Below are positions 16,789 to 24,812 of a DNA stretch of 64,000 nt, one piece after another. Each line of letters opens with the position of its first letter. The first letter of the stretch is position 1. Under the pieces are notes generated by a model, which saw nothing but the letters and a program-made list of their open reading frames with translations, did no database searches and was not told the origin of the DNA. The position numbers were made by a program, and so were the translations under genes. Origin of the DNA: Thermoanaerobaculia bacterium (GTDB lineage: Bacteria; Acidobacteriota; Thermoanaerobaculia; Multivoradales; UBA5704); NCBI GenBank assembly GCA_035940855.1, contig DASZEM010000025.1:8067-72066 (forward strand). Direction: 5' to 3'.

Positions 16789-17538
16789 ATGACTGACAAG
16801 AGCTATCGGTTGTTCGGAGAGCTGGCGCACCGCTATGATCTGCACACGCCGCCCGGCCACTACCTGCCCAAGTACGAGTTCGTGCTCGACGAGCTACGCC
16901 GATACGGCGCGGGCGCCCAGGTGCTGGACCTGGGCTGCGGCACCGGGGCCCTGCTGGAGAGTCTTCGCTGCGCGGGCCTCGCGGGTCGCGGGATCGATAT
17001 CTCGCCAGAGATGGTCGCCGTCGCCGAGCAGCGTCTCGGCCCCGGCGTGGTCCGGGTCGGGCGCCTGCAGGACCTCGAAGAGCGGGAGACGTGCGACGCC
17101 ATCGTCTCGATGGCCTTTGCATTCAACTACTGCGCTGACGTTGCCGAAGCACGGCAGGCCCTGGCGGGATTCCACCGCGCCTTGCGCCCCGGTGGGCTCG
17201 TCATACTCCAGGTAGCGCACGCGCCGAACTGCCCCGACCACCTCTTCGAAGAGTGGGAGCCGGGACCCGGCGGCGAGAGGGATGTCCAATTTCTCTGCCG
17301 CTTTTTGCCCGTGCCGGGAGAGGTGCCCGCCGTCCGGGCGCAGTATGTCTACTCCTGCCGGAGCCTCAAGGAGCTCCTCGCCGAAGAGCACGTCCTCAAC
17401 GTGGCGGACGTGTACCTGATCGCCGGGCTCCTGCGTGACACAGGGTTCTGCGAGGTCCGGATCTATGACAACTCGCGGCGAGAGCCCCTGTTGAACGCTC
17501 TCGCGCCGTACGTCCTCGGAGTTCGTCGGATCTTGTAA
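16789..17538 (+). CDS. Class I SAM-dependent methyltransferase
   Basis: Motif I VLDLGCGTG, GIDISPEMV, CDAIVS..AFNY, ALRPGGLVIL; divergent from P450-2. Confidence 0.9.
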   Translation: MTDKSYRLFGELAHRYDLHTPPGHYLPKYEFVLDELRRYGAGAQVLDLGCGTGALLESLRCAGLAGRGIDISPEMVAVAEQRLGPGVVRVGRLQDLEERETCDAIVSMAFAFNYCADVAEARQALAGFHRALRPGGLVILQVAHAPNCPDHLFEEWEPGPGGERDVQFLCRFLPVPGEVPAVRAQYVYSCRSLKELLAEEHVLNVADVYLIAGLLRDTGFCEVRIYDNSRREPLLNALAPYVLGVRRIL

Positions 17539-18435
17539 TACAGAAACCAGTCGCCCCCGGGGAAGGGGGCGGTTCCACCGACAGATGTTTCCAGCAGGGG
17601 AGAGGCGCCAAGGTGAGCGTCTCGGGCTCGGCGAAGCGGTCGGGGCTTGTCTCTATAGGTACCTATCCCGTCGGGAGACACCCACCTGATTGAGAGGACC
17701 AGGATTTACTTCCTGGCTGAAAGGGGCGGGGGAGGCGCCGCCGAGGGCGCATTCCCCGCCCTCGACGGTGCTACTTCTGGCTTCTGTCGACAGGACTGGG
17801 TTGACTACACTCTCTCCGGACAATCGACTGGTTCATGGTCCCGTCTCGCAAGACCCGCAGGTGATAGTGACCGAAGTCGAGCCGTCCGTCCGGGCGGGCG
17901 GAACCGTTCGCCAGGATTCCGAACTCTCGCAGGTTGTCCATCAGCTGTTCGGCGGTGACGCAATAGGCTTAACAGGTGGGTCACGGGTGAACCCTGGAGG
18001 GGATCTGGCACGAGCGCAAGCAGAGACCCGCGCCCGCAACCGGGGCCAGAAGGTGGATCCCGGCCAGTTCGAGACGCCCGAGACCGTGACGTTCGATCCT
18101 CTCCCGTGCTGGCAGCATCTCGCCGGAGGAGCAACGGTAGTGTGTCGCCCCGCTTGGTGGAGGAGATCGAAGCCGAAGCCGCCGGGCAGGTGGAGCCGTC
18201 CACCTATAGATAGGTGGGCCGGAAGGCGTCGGCCCGAACTGCCTCCCGGGTCATCGTGTCGGTTGTCAAAGAACCGGTCTCCGGCCTTCCAAAGGCCACC
18301 GGGCGGGTCCATTCGCTGGATTCCCTGGTGCCTTGTCTCATTTCGGCCCGCCGTACCCGACTGCCGGGGCTCCAGAGGTTGTGTTTGGCCCCCGAAATCC
18401 TCTTTTCGATCTCCGCCGTGCTGATTTCCGTCCTC

Positions 18436-18620
18436 GAATCCAGTGGATTCGGGCGGAGAAGCATTCATCTCGGATCCAGAAGCCAGTGGATTGTCCCCAA
18501 AAGCATTGTGATGGAACCCGGAATCCAGTGGATTCTGGTTTCCAGATGAATGCTTCTGGACGGAATCCACTGGATTTTGAGCCCGAGATCAATGCTTCCC
18601 GGGCCGAAACCAGTGGATTC
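18436..18620. repeat. Array of five 15-bp quasi-palindromes GAATCCASTGGATTC at 42-43 bp period
   Basis: Copies start at 18436, 18479, 18521, 18563, 18606; linkers carry AAGCATT or its reverse complement AATGCTT. Confidence 0.8.
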
Positions 18621-18770
18621 TGAGTCTGAATCGGATGCTTCCCCGAGGAGAGTCATGGGCCCGATGGATGAGAGAACTGTACCAGAATTGACAGAAGCGC
18701 GCAAGCCGTGGACAGTGATGGCGCTTCGGACGGAAGTGGAGGAGGGTCCTTTCCCGGCTCTTGACCGCTG

Positions 18771-18799
18771 TGGCCCGAGCAGGTATCCTCCCCCTCCTC
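18771..18799 (+). promoter_or_regulatory. Sigma70-type promoter for tRNA-Pro
   Basis: TTGACC - 17 bp - TATCCT, about 45 bp upstream of the tRNA. Confidence 0.7.
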
Positions 18800-18843
18800 G
18801 CGGTTGACCCCTCGGGGTGTCTTTGCATGACCGCAGATCCTGT

Positions 18844-18920
18844 CGGGGCGTAGCTCAGCTTGGTAGAGCGCACGGTTCGGGACCGTGAGGCCGGAGGTTC
18901 AAATCCTCTCGCCCCGACCA
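18844..18920 (+). tRNA. tRNA-Pro (anticodon CGG)
   Basis: CGGGGCG/CGCCCCG acceptor stem, D loop AGCTTGGTAGA, anticodon arm CACGG-TTCGGGA-CCGTG, GGTTCAAATCC T arm, encoded CCA. Confidence 0.97.
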
Positions 18921-19002
18921 TTCCCAATCCCAAAGCCATGAAAAGTCCCTCTCCTGGTGGCGGCTCGCTACCCGGGACGGGTGTGTTCCTGAGGAGGATG
19001 CC

Positions 19003-20556
19003 ATGACCCTACGGAAAGCGTTCGGGGTGGGGATCGCCTTGATGGCGGCGCTGCTGACAACAGGGGCGGGGGCGGCGCCGGAGACGGGTGTGCGCGACGC
19101 GGTGCGGACCTACCGCGCGGCCCATGAGAAGGAGATCGTGCGGGAGCTCTCGGACCTGCTCGCCCTGCCCAACGTGGCGACCCGCATCCCGGACATCGAG
19201 CGCAACGCGGATCATCTGACGGGGATGCTGGAGCGCCGGGGCTTCAAGGTGCAGCGGCTGTCGGCGGGGGAGGGCACGCCGCCCTCGCTCTATGGCGAGC
19301 TGCGCGTCCCGGGGGCGAAGCGGACGCTGATGTTCTACGCCCACTACGACGGCCAGCCGGTCGACCAGAAGGGCTGGGTCTCCGATCCGTTCAAGCCCGT
19401 GGTGCGCAGCGGGCCTCTCGGCGAGGGGGTCAAGGAGATCGATCTGGGAAGCGTCCAGGGGCCGCTCGATCCCGAGTGGCGGATCTTCGCCCGCTCGGCG
19501 AGCGACGACAAGTCGCCCATCGTGGCCATCCTGACGGCGCTCGACGCCCTGCGCGCCTCGGGACGGCAGCCGTCGGTCAACGTGAAGCTGTTCCTGGAGG
19601 GAGAAGAGGAGCAGGGCTCGCCCCATCTGACGGAGATCCTCCGCAAATACGCCTCGCTGCTCACGGCCGACGCCTGGATCCTCTGCGACGGGCCGGTGCA
19701 CCCGACGCGGCGGATGCAAGTGTTCTACGGCGCCCGCGGGGTGGCGGGGCTGGAGCTGACGGTCTACGGTCCCGTGCGGCCCCTCCACAGCGGCCACTAC
19801 GGCAACTGGGCGCCCAATCCGGCCGTGACGCTGGCCCACCTCGTGGCGAGCCTGCGGGACGAGGAGGGGCGCATCCTGATCCCCGGCTTCTATGACGACG
19901 TGCGCCCGCTCAACGAGGCGGAGAAGAAGGCCGTCGCGGCCATGCCTCCCGTCGAGGAAGGGCTCCGGGACGAGCTGGGCCTGGGCCGCACGGAAGGAAA
20001 CGGCGCGCGCCTGCAGGACCGTCTGATGGACCCCGCGCTCAACGTGCGCGGCCTGCGCTCGGCCGAGGTGGGCGACGCGGCGGCGAACGCCATCCCCACG
20101 GAGGCCCAGGTGTCGATCGATTTCCGCCTGGTGCCGGACCAGACGCCGCGGAAGGTCCAGGAGCGGGTCGAGGCGTTCCTGCGTTCCAAGGGGTGGTATT
20201 TAGTGAACGAAGCTCCGGACCGGGCGGCGCGGCGGGCCCATCCCAGGATCGCCCGCTTGGAGTGGTCGCTCGACTATCCCGCGGCCCGCACGGACATGAG
20301 CCTGCCGGCTTCACGGGCGGTCGCCGCGGTGGTGGAGAAGGCCGTGGGCGGGCCGATCGTGATCGTCCCCATGCTGGGGGGCAGCGTGCCGATGTACCTG
20401 TTTACGGAGAGCCTCAAGGCGCCCATCATCGGCGTGCCCATGGTGAACCACGACAACAACCAGCACGGGATCAACGAGAACCTGCGGCTCAAGAACCTGT
20501 GGGACGGGATCGAGGTGTACGGGGTGCTGATGGGGGAGATGGGGGCGGGCTGGTAG
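19003..20556 (+). CDS. M20/M25/M40 family metallopeptidase, exported
   Basis: FYAHYDGQP, ARSASDDKS, EGEEEQGS, HSGHYGN, NQHGINENL; signal peptide. Confidence 0.92.
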   Translation: MTLRKAFGVGIALMAALLTTGAGAAPETGVRDAVRTYRAAHEKEIVRELSDLLALPNVATRIPDIERNADHLTGMLERRGFKVQRLSAGEGTPPSLYGELRVPGAKRTLMFYAHYDGQPVDQKGWVSDPFKPVVRSGPLGEGVKEIDLGSVQGPLDPEWRIFARSASDDKSPIVAILTALDALRASGRQPSVNVKLFLEGEEEQGSPHLTEILRKYASLLTADAWILCDGPVHPTRRMQVFYGARGVAGLELTVYGPVRPLHSGHYGNWAPNPAVTLAHLVASLRDEEGRILIPGFYDDVRPLNEAEKKAVAAMPPVEEGLRDELGLGRTEGNGARLQDRLMDPALNVRGLRSAEVGDAAANAIPTEAQVSIDFRLVPDQTPRKVQERVEAFLRSKGWYLVNEAPDRAARRAHPRIARLEWSLDYPAARTDMSLPASRAVAAVVEKAVGGPIVIVPMLGGSVPMYLFTESLKAPIIGVPMVNHDNNQHGINENLRLKNLWDGIEVYGVLMGEMGAGW

Positions 20557-20563
20557 CCCGCTG

Positions 20564-20712
20564 GCCCTCACCTCCCCGACCCTCCTCTCCCGGCCCTCCT
20601 CCCGCCCTGCCGGGGAGAGGAGGGAGAAAGAAAGACTGACTTTGTTCTGTTTCCCCTCTCTCCCTGGCGGGTGGACGGTGGGCCGGGAGAGAGGGGTCAG
20701 GGGAGTGAGGGC
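20564..20712. repeat. REP-like element, second family (inverted arms GCCCTCAC...CTCTCCCGGCC)
   Basis: Left arm GCCCTCACCTCCCCGACCCTCCTCTCCCGGCC; right arm is the near reverse complement GGCCGGGAGAGAGGGGTCAGGGGAGTGAGGGC; between convergent genes. Confidence 0.75.
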
Positions 20713-22014
20713 CTACTGCCCCAGCCCGAAGTTGAACGTCACCACCACCGAGTCCATGTGCATGCCGGTGGTCACGGAGGTGCCGGCGACGGGACCCGTG
20801 GCGCCGAAGATGGGGCCGGTGATCTCGTTGTCGTTGACGTGGTAGTAGGCCACGTCCAGGTTCAGGTTGTCGGTGGCCTGGAGGCCCAGGCCCAGGCAGT
20901 AGCGGTCCTCGAAGATGGCGGGCGTCGCCACGGTGAAGAAGGCGCGCTCTTCCGGGATGGGGTTGTCGCCGCGGTTGTAGCCGGCGCGCAGGGCGAGGCG
21001 CTCGACCGGGCGGAACTGGACGCCGAGCTCGACCACGGTGATGTCCTCGAAGCCGAGCACGTCCTCGAAGCCGGCGGCGTTCTCATAGTTGATCCACTTG
21101 CCGTCGAGGGCCACGGCCAGCCGGTCGGTGGGCGTCCAGCCGAGGCCCACGACGGCCACGGCCGGCATGTTGAGCTGGAGCTTGACCGTGCGCGACGTGC
21201 CGAAGTTCGCCAGGTTGGGGTTGGCGTGGGACGTGTTCCACTCGAAGTCCTCGAAGTCCATCTCCGTGTTGTAGGAGGCGCCGAGGGCGAAGGCGGGGCT
21301 GATCCGGTAGCGGGCGCCGATGCCCAGGCCCGTGCCCCAGGCGCTGTCGGTGTTGACGCTGGGGAAGTAGCAGGGCCCGGCGGGACCGGAGCAGTCCGGA
21401 GAGGCGAAGCCCGCGGGGCTGGCGGTCAGCGCGGCGCGGGCCACGTTGAGCGACACGCCGAAGGAGAAGGCGTCCGAGAGCTGCCAGGCCAGCACGGTGG
21501 GCACCTTGAGGAGCTGGTAGTTGGAGTAGACCCGGCCGAAGCCCCGGGGCTGCGGAGCGAGGAGCGGGTTGCCGGGGTCCTGCGGGTAGTCGGCGCCGAA
21601 GCCGGCCAGGCCCAGGAAGCCCATGCCGTAGGCGAAGCGCGAGCCCTTCTTGTGGTGCACGAAGCCGAAGGCCGGGATCAGGGCCGTGTCGCCCCCCTCG
21701 TCGGTCTTGCCGCGGAAGGTGCCGACCGGAGTGCGCACGGAGCTCGAGACCGAGTTGCCGGCCTTGTTGTACTCGGCGCTGAAGGCGAAGTAGCTGCCGT
21801 CCCTGCCGGTCGCGAGGGCCGGGTTGAGCAGCAGGCCGCCGAGGGTGTCGACGGGCAGCGCGACGCCGGCGCCGCCCATGGAGCTGTTGACGGCGCCGAC
21901 GCCGTGGAGGGTGTGGCCGTTGCCGGCCCAGGCGGCCGGCGCCAGCGCCGTCAGCGACGTCAGCCAAGCGAGGACGGCGACCACGAGGAACGAGAAGAAT
22001 CCTTTGCGGTTCAT
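20713..22014 (-). CDS. FadL/OmpP1/TodX family outer-membrane transporter
   Basis: After signal peptide NGHTLHGVGAVNSSMGGAGVA, NPAL, LRAGYN; beta-barrel pattern ending FNFGLGQ; start reset to MNRKGF. Confidence 0.88.
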   Translation of the reverse strand: MNRKGFFSFLVVAVLAWLTSLTALAPAAWAGNGHTLHGVGAVNSSMGGAGVALPVDTLGGLLLNPALATGRDGSYFAFSAEYNKAGNSVSSSVRTPVGTFRGKTDEGGDTALIPAFGFVHHKKGSRFAYGMGFLGLAGFGADYPQDPGNPLLAPQPRGFGRVYSNYQLLKVPTVLAWQLSDAFSFGVSLNVARAALTASPAGFASPDCSGPAGPCYFPSVNTDSAWGTGLGIGARYRISPAFALGASYNTEMDFEDFEWNTSHANPNLANFGTSRTVKLQLNMPAVAVVGLGWTPTDRLAVALDGKWINYENAAGFEDVLGFEDITVVELGVQFRPVERLALRAGYNRGDNPIPEERAFFTVATPAIFEDRYCLGLGLQATDNLNLDVAYYHVNDNEITGPIFGATGPVAGTSVTTGMHMDSVVVTFNFGLGQ

Positions 22015-22323
22015 ACAGTCTCCCTGAGAAACGAACGTGAAACGGGACGCACTCCGGCATGCCGAGGGCAGTCTCGAGCCACAGCCCTTGAGCGTCTTGA
22101 AGAGAAAACGAAATATTAGGTCTATTCTATAACCCAATCGGCTCGGAGTTTCAACTGGCGGGGTGACAAGACGGTGCGCGGCTTGCGGCTGGAGGGCGAA
22201 TTCCCTATTCTACGCGCACGCTTCGTTTGAATGCGCCAGAACGTGCCGGGAGCTTCGCCGCGCCGCCTCGCAGGGGTCCGCGCGTGGGATCTCGCTCCGC
22301 GGCAGCAAAGGAGAGATCGCAGG

Positions 22324-24027
22324 ATGGAAGCAGAGTCGGCCTTTCCCGCCGTGAGCTCCGCGGATCCCACGGCCGCCGTTCACCCGGGCGGGCAGGAGGG
22401 CGCGCGCGAGGGGCGCCACACCGAGAACGCCCTGGTCGGCTGGATCCTGGTCGTGGGCCTCACGCTGGTGGGGTACCTGCTGCTGGTGCTCGGCGGCCAG
22501 CAGGGTGGTCCGGCCTGGCCGCGCAACGTCTTCCTGGTGATCGGCGCCGCCGGGGTGATCTCCTACGGCCTGTGGGTCTTCCCCTATTTCCGCCGCCTGG
22601 AGCTGCAGCTGCCGGTGGGCCGGGAGCGCTGGTCGAAGCTGGAGGCCGAGCTGATCGCGGCCTTCGAGCAGCTCGGGGCGGGCGACCTGGTGCGCTCGAT
22701 CGAGCACACGCGGAACCTGCCGGAGCGGCTGGCGAAGATCTCGGAGGCGGCGAGCGGGGCGCTGTCGCAGCTCGCCCAGCAGATCCAGGACAGCTCGATC
22801 GAGGTGGCTTCGGCGGCGGACGCGGTCAACGAGATCGCCTCCGAGCTGGCCTCGGGCTCCTCGGAGCAGGCGGCCTCGGTGGTGGAGATCACGGCCGCCA
22901 TGGAGGAGCTGGCGCGCACGGCCTCGATGATCGCGGAGAACGCCTCGCGCCAGGCCGAGCTGGCCTCCCAGGCCGAAGCGAGCGGCGACGCCGGCTCGGC
23001 GTCCGTCAACGAGGCGGTGACCGGCGTGGAGGAGGTGCAGAAGCGGATCAGCGCCATCGCCAACCGCGCCGACGCCCTGGGCACGCGCTCCAAGGAGATC
23101 TACCGGGTGCTCGACCTGATCACGGAGATCGCCCAGGAGACGCACATCCTGTCGCTCAACGCGGCCATCGAGGCGGCGGCGGCCGGGGCGGACGGCCGGC
23201 GTTTTTCCGTCGTGGCGGAGGAAGTTCGCCATCTCGCGCAGCGCTCCCAGGAGTCGGTGGAGTCGGTGCGCAACCTGCTCGACGAGTTCGCCAGCTCGAT
23301 CCGCGCCACGATCGTCGCCACGGAAGAGGGGAGCAAGGAGGCCTCGCGGGTGCTGGAGCGCTCGCGGGCTGCGGCCACCGCCATCGAGGAGCTGCGCGGC
23401 GCCTCGGGCGACACGTCGCGGGTGGCCCGCCAGATCTCGCTCGCCACCCAGCAGCAGAACGCCGCTTCCGACGAGGTAGTGATGACGCTGCGCGAGGTGA
23501 GCCTGGTGGTGCAGCGCATGACCGGGGGCTTGAAGAACCTCTCCAGCACGGCCGACCGGCTGAACACGCTGGGCCTCGAGATCCAGCTCCTCGCCCAGTC
23601 CTTCCACCTCGACTCGCCGCGCTCGCTCAAGCATCTGGTCGAGACCTGGGCGCGCAAGCTGGAAGGGCTGCCGGGCGTCGCCGAGAAGGAGGCGGCGCTC
23701 GAGGGGCTCGTGCGCGAAGCGCCGTTCGTGGAGCTGGGCTACCTGATGGCGCTCGACGGCAGCACGCTGGTGCTGAGCTTCAACCGGAACCTCCTGGACG
23801 AGCGGCAGCGCTCGCTGGCCGAGGAGGTGCGCAAGACGGACGTGCGCGTCCGCCCCTGGTTCAAGGCGGTGGCGCGGCACTGGCGGACGACGCTCATTCC
23901 GCCTTATGAATCGATGCAGAACTCGGAGGCCTGCTTCACGGTCTGCACGCCGCTGCTCAACCCGGACGGTTCGGTGTCCTCCGTGCTGGGGATCGACATC
24001 AACGTGACCGGCTGGACGAGGATCTGA
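22324..24027 (+). CDS. Methyl-accepting chemoreceptor with C-terminal Cache-like domain (MCP1)
   Basis: Two close TM helices, signalling core IAQETHILSLNAAIEAAAAGADGRRFSVVAEEVRHLA, C-terminal RPWFK...PPYES...GIDINV. Confidence 0.9.
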   Translation: MEAESAFPAVSSADPTAAVHPGGQEGAREGRHTENALVGWILVVGLTLVGYLLLVLGGQQGGPAWPRNVFLVIGAAGVISYGLWVFPYFRRLELQLPVGRERWSKLEAELIAAFEQLGAGDLVRSIEHTRNLPERLAKISEAASGALSQLAQQIQDSSIEVASAADAVNEIASELASGSSEQAASVVEITAAMEELARTASMIAENASRQAELASQAEASGDAGSASVNEAVTGVEEVQKRISAIANRADALGTRSKEIYRVLDLITEIAQETHILSLNAAIEAAAAGADGRRFSVVAEEVRHLAQRSQESVESVRNLLDEFASSIRATIVATEEGSKEASRVLERSRAAATAIEELRGASGDTSRVARQISLATQQQNAASDEVVMTLREVSLVVQRMTGGLKNLSSTADRLNTLGLEIQLLAQSFHLDSPRSLKHLVETWARKLEGLPGVAEKEAALEGLVREAPFVELGYLMALDGSTLVLSFNRNLLDERQRSLAEEVRKTDVRVRPWFKAVARHWRTTLIPPYESMQNSEACFTVCTPLLNPDGSVSSVLGIDINVTGWTRI

Positions 24028-24030
24028 GGC

Positions 24031-24486
24031 ATGCCCGCGGACGCCGTGGACCGAGGGGGGGACCTCAGCCGGCGCGACGGCACGCACCTGCTGGTGCGGG
24101 CGGGCGATCACGCCTGCGCCCTGCCGCTCGCCCAGGTCCGCCGGGTGGTGCGGGCGCTCACCGTGCACCCGCTGCCGGGCGCGGCGGGCGAGCTCGAAGG
24201 GCTGGCGGAGTTCGGCGGCGAGCCGCTGCCGGTGCTCAACCTGGCCCGCCTGGTCAACGCGCCCCAGGGCGCCAACCCCGCCTATCCGGTGACGGTGGTG
24301 GTGTGGGTGGGGCCGGCGGAGGCGCGGGAGATGATCGGCCTGTCGGCCGACGCGGCCCTGGAGGTGGTGCACGTGCCCGCGGACTCGATCGTGGCGGGCG
24401 ACGGCGGGTTCCTCCAGGGCGAGGCGCCGGTGGGAGGCGAGGTGGTGCGCGTGCTCAACCTGGACGCCCTGGGGCGCGAGGCATGA
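24031..24486 (+). CDS. cheW: CheW-like coupling protein
   Basis: ALPLAQVRRV, PLPGA..EL.GLAEFGGEPLPVLNLA, IGL.AD. Confidence 0.85.
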   Translation: MPADAVDRGGDLSRRDGTHLLVRAGDHACALPLAQVRRVVRALTVHPLPGAAGELEGLAEFGGEPLPVLNLARLVNAPQGANPAYPVTVVVWVGPAEAREMIGLSADAALEVVHVPADSIVAGDGGFLQGEAPVGGEVVRVLNLDALGREA

Positions 24487-24788
24487 GCGTTCCTCATGCC
24501 CGGGGCTTCCTGCTGCTGCGCCGCGCGGGCGGCGTGTGGGGGATCGCCAGCTCGGACGTGGAAGGCATGGCGGTGGAGGACGGCGGCTACCGGATCTCGG
24601 CGGGCGGCGAGGCGTTCTTCGCGGACTCGATCGTGGGGGTCGTGGCGGACCTCCGGGTCCATCCGCCGGCCCCGGTGCTGCGGCGGTTCTGGCCCGAGAC
24701 GGTGGCGGGCCTCGCGGTGTACGAACGGACGCCGGTGGTGATGGTGGACCCCCGGTATCCGCCCGCGATCCTGAAGCTCGATGACTGA
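24483..24788 (+). CDS. Short CheW-like protein
   Basis: WGIASSDV, FADSIVGVV, VAGLAVYERTPVVMVDP; operon context; ATG overlaps previous stop. Confidence 0.65.
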   Translation: MSVPHARGFLLLRRAGGVWGIASSDVEGMAVEDGGYRISAGGEAFFADSIVGVVADLRVHPPAPVLRRFWPETVAGLAVYERTPVVMVDPRYPPAILKLDD

Positions 24789-24812
24789 GAGATGAGGGAT
24801 GAGGGAAGAACG

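Noticed and set aside
15569-17122. 517-aa long form of P450-2
   Set aside because: The extension overlaps the methyltransferase antisense and is Arg/Pro-rich junk; real start is near 16699-16750
17463-17681. Second aromatic peptide (…GGDWFLYYKIRR…) on the minus strand
   Set aside because: Overlaps the MTase 3' end antisense, no RBS, no similarity to the precursor leader; aromatic codons explained by the AT-rich stop region
18436-18620. Possible CRISPR array
   Set aside because: Repeats only 15 bp, linkers share a motif rather than being unique, no cas genes in the window
18844-18960. tRNA-Pro as integrase attachment site
   Set aside because: No integrase and no duplicated tRNA 3' end seen in the window; the accessory DNA lies 5' of the tRNA
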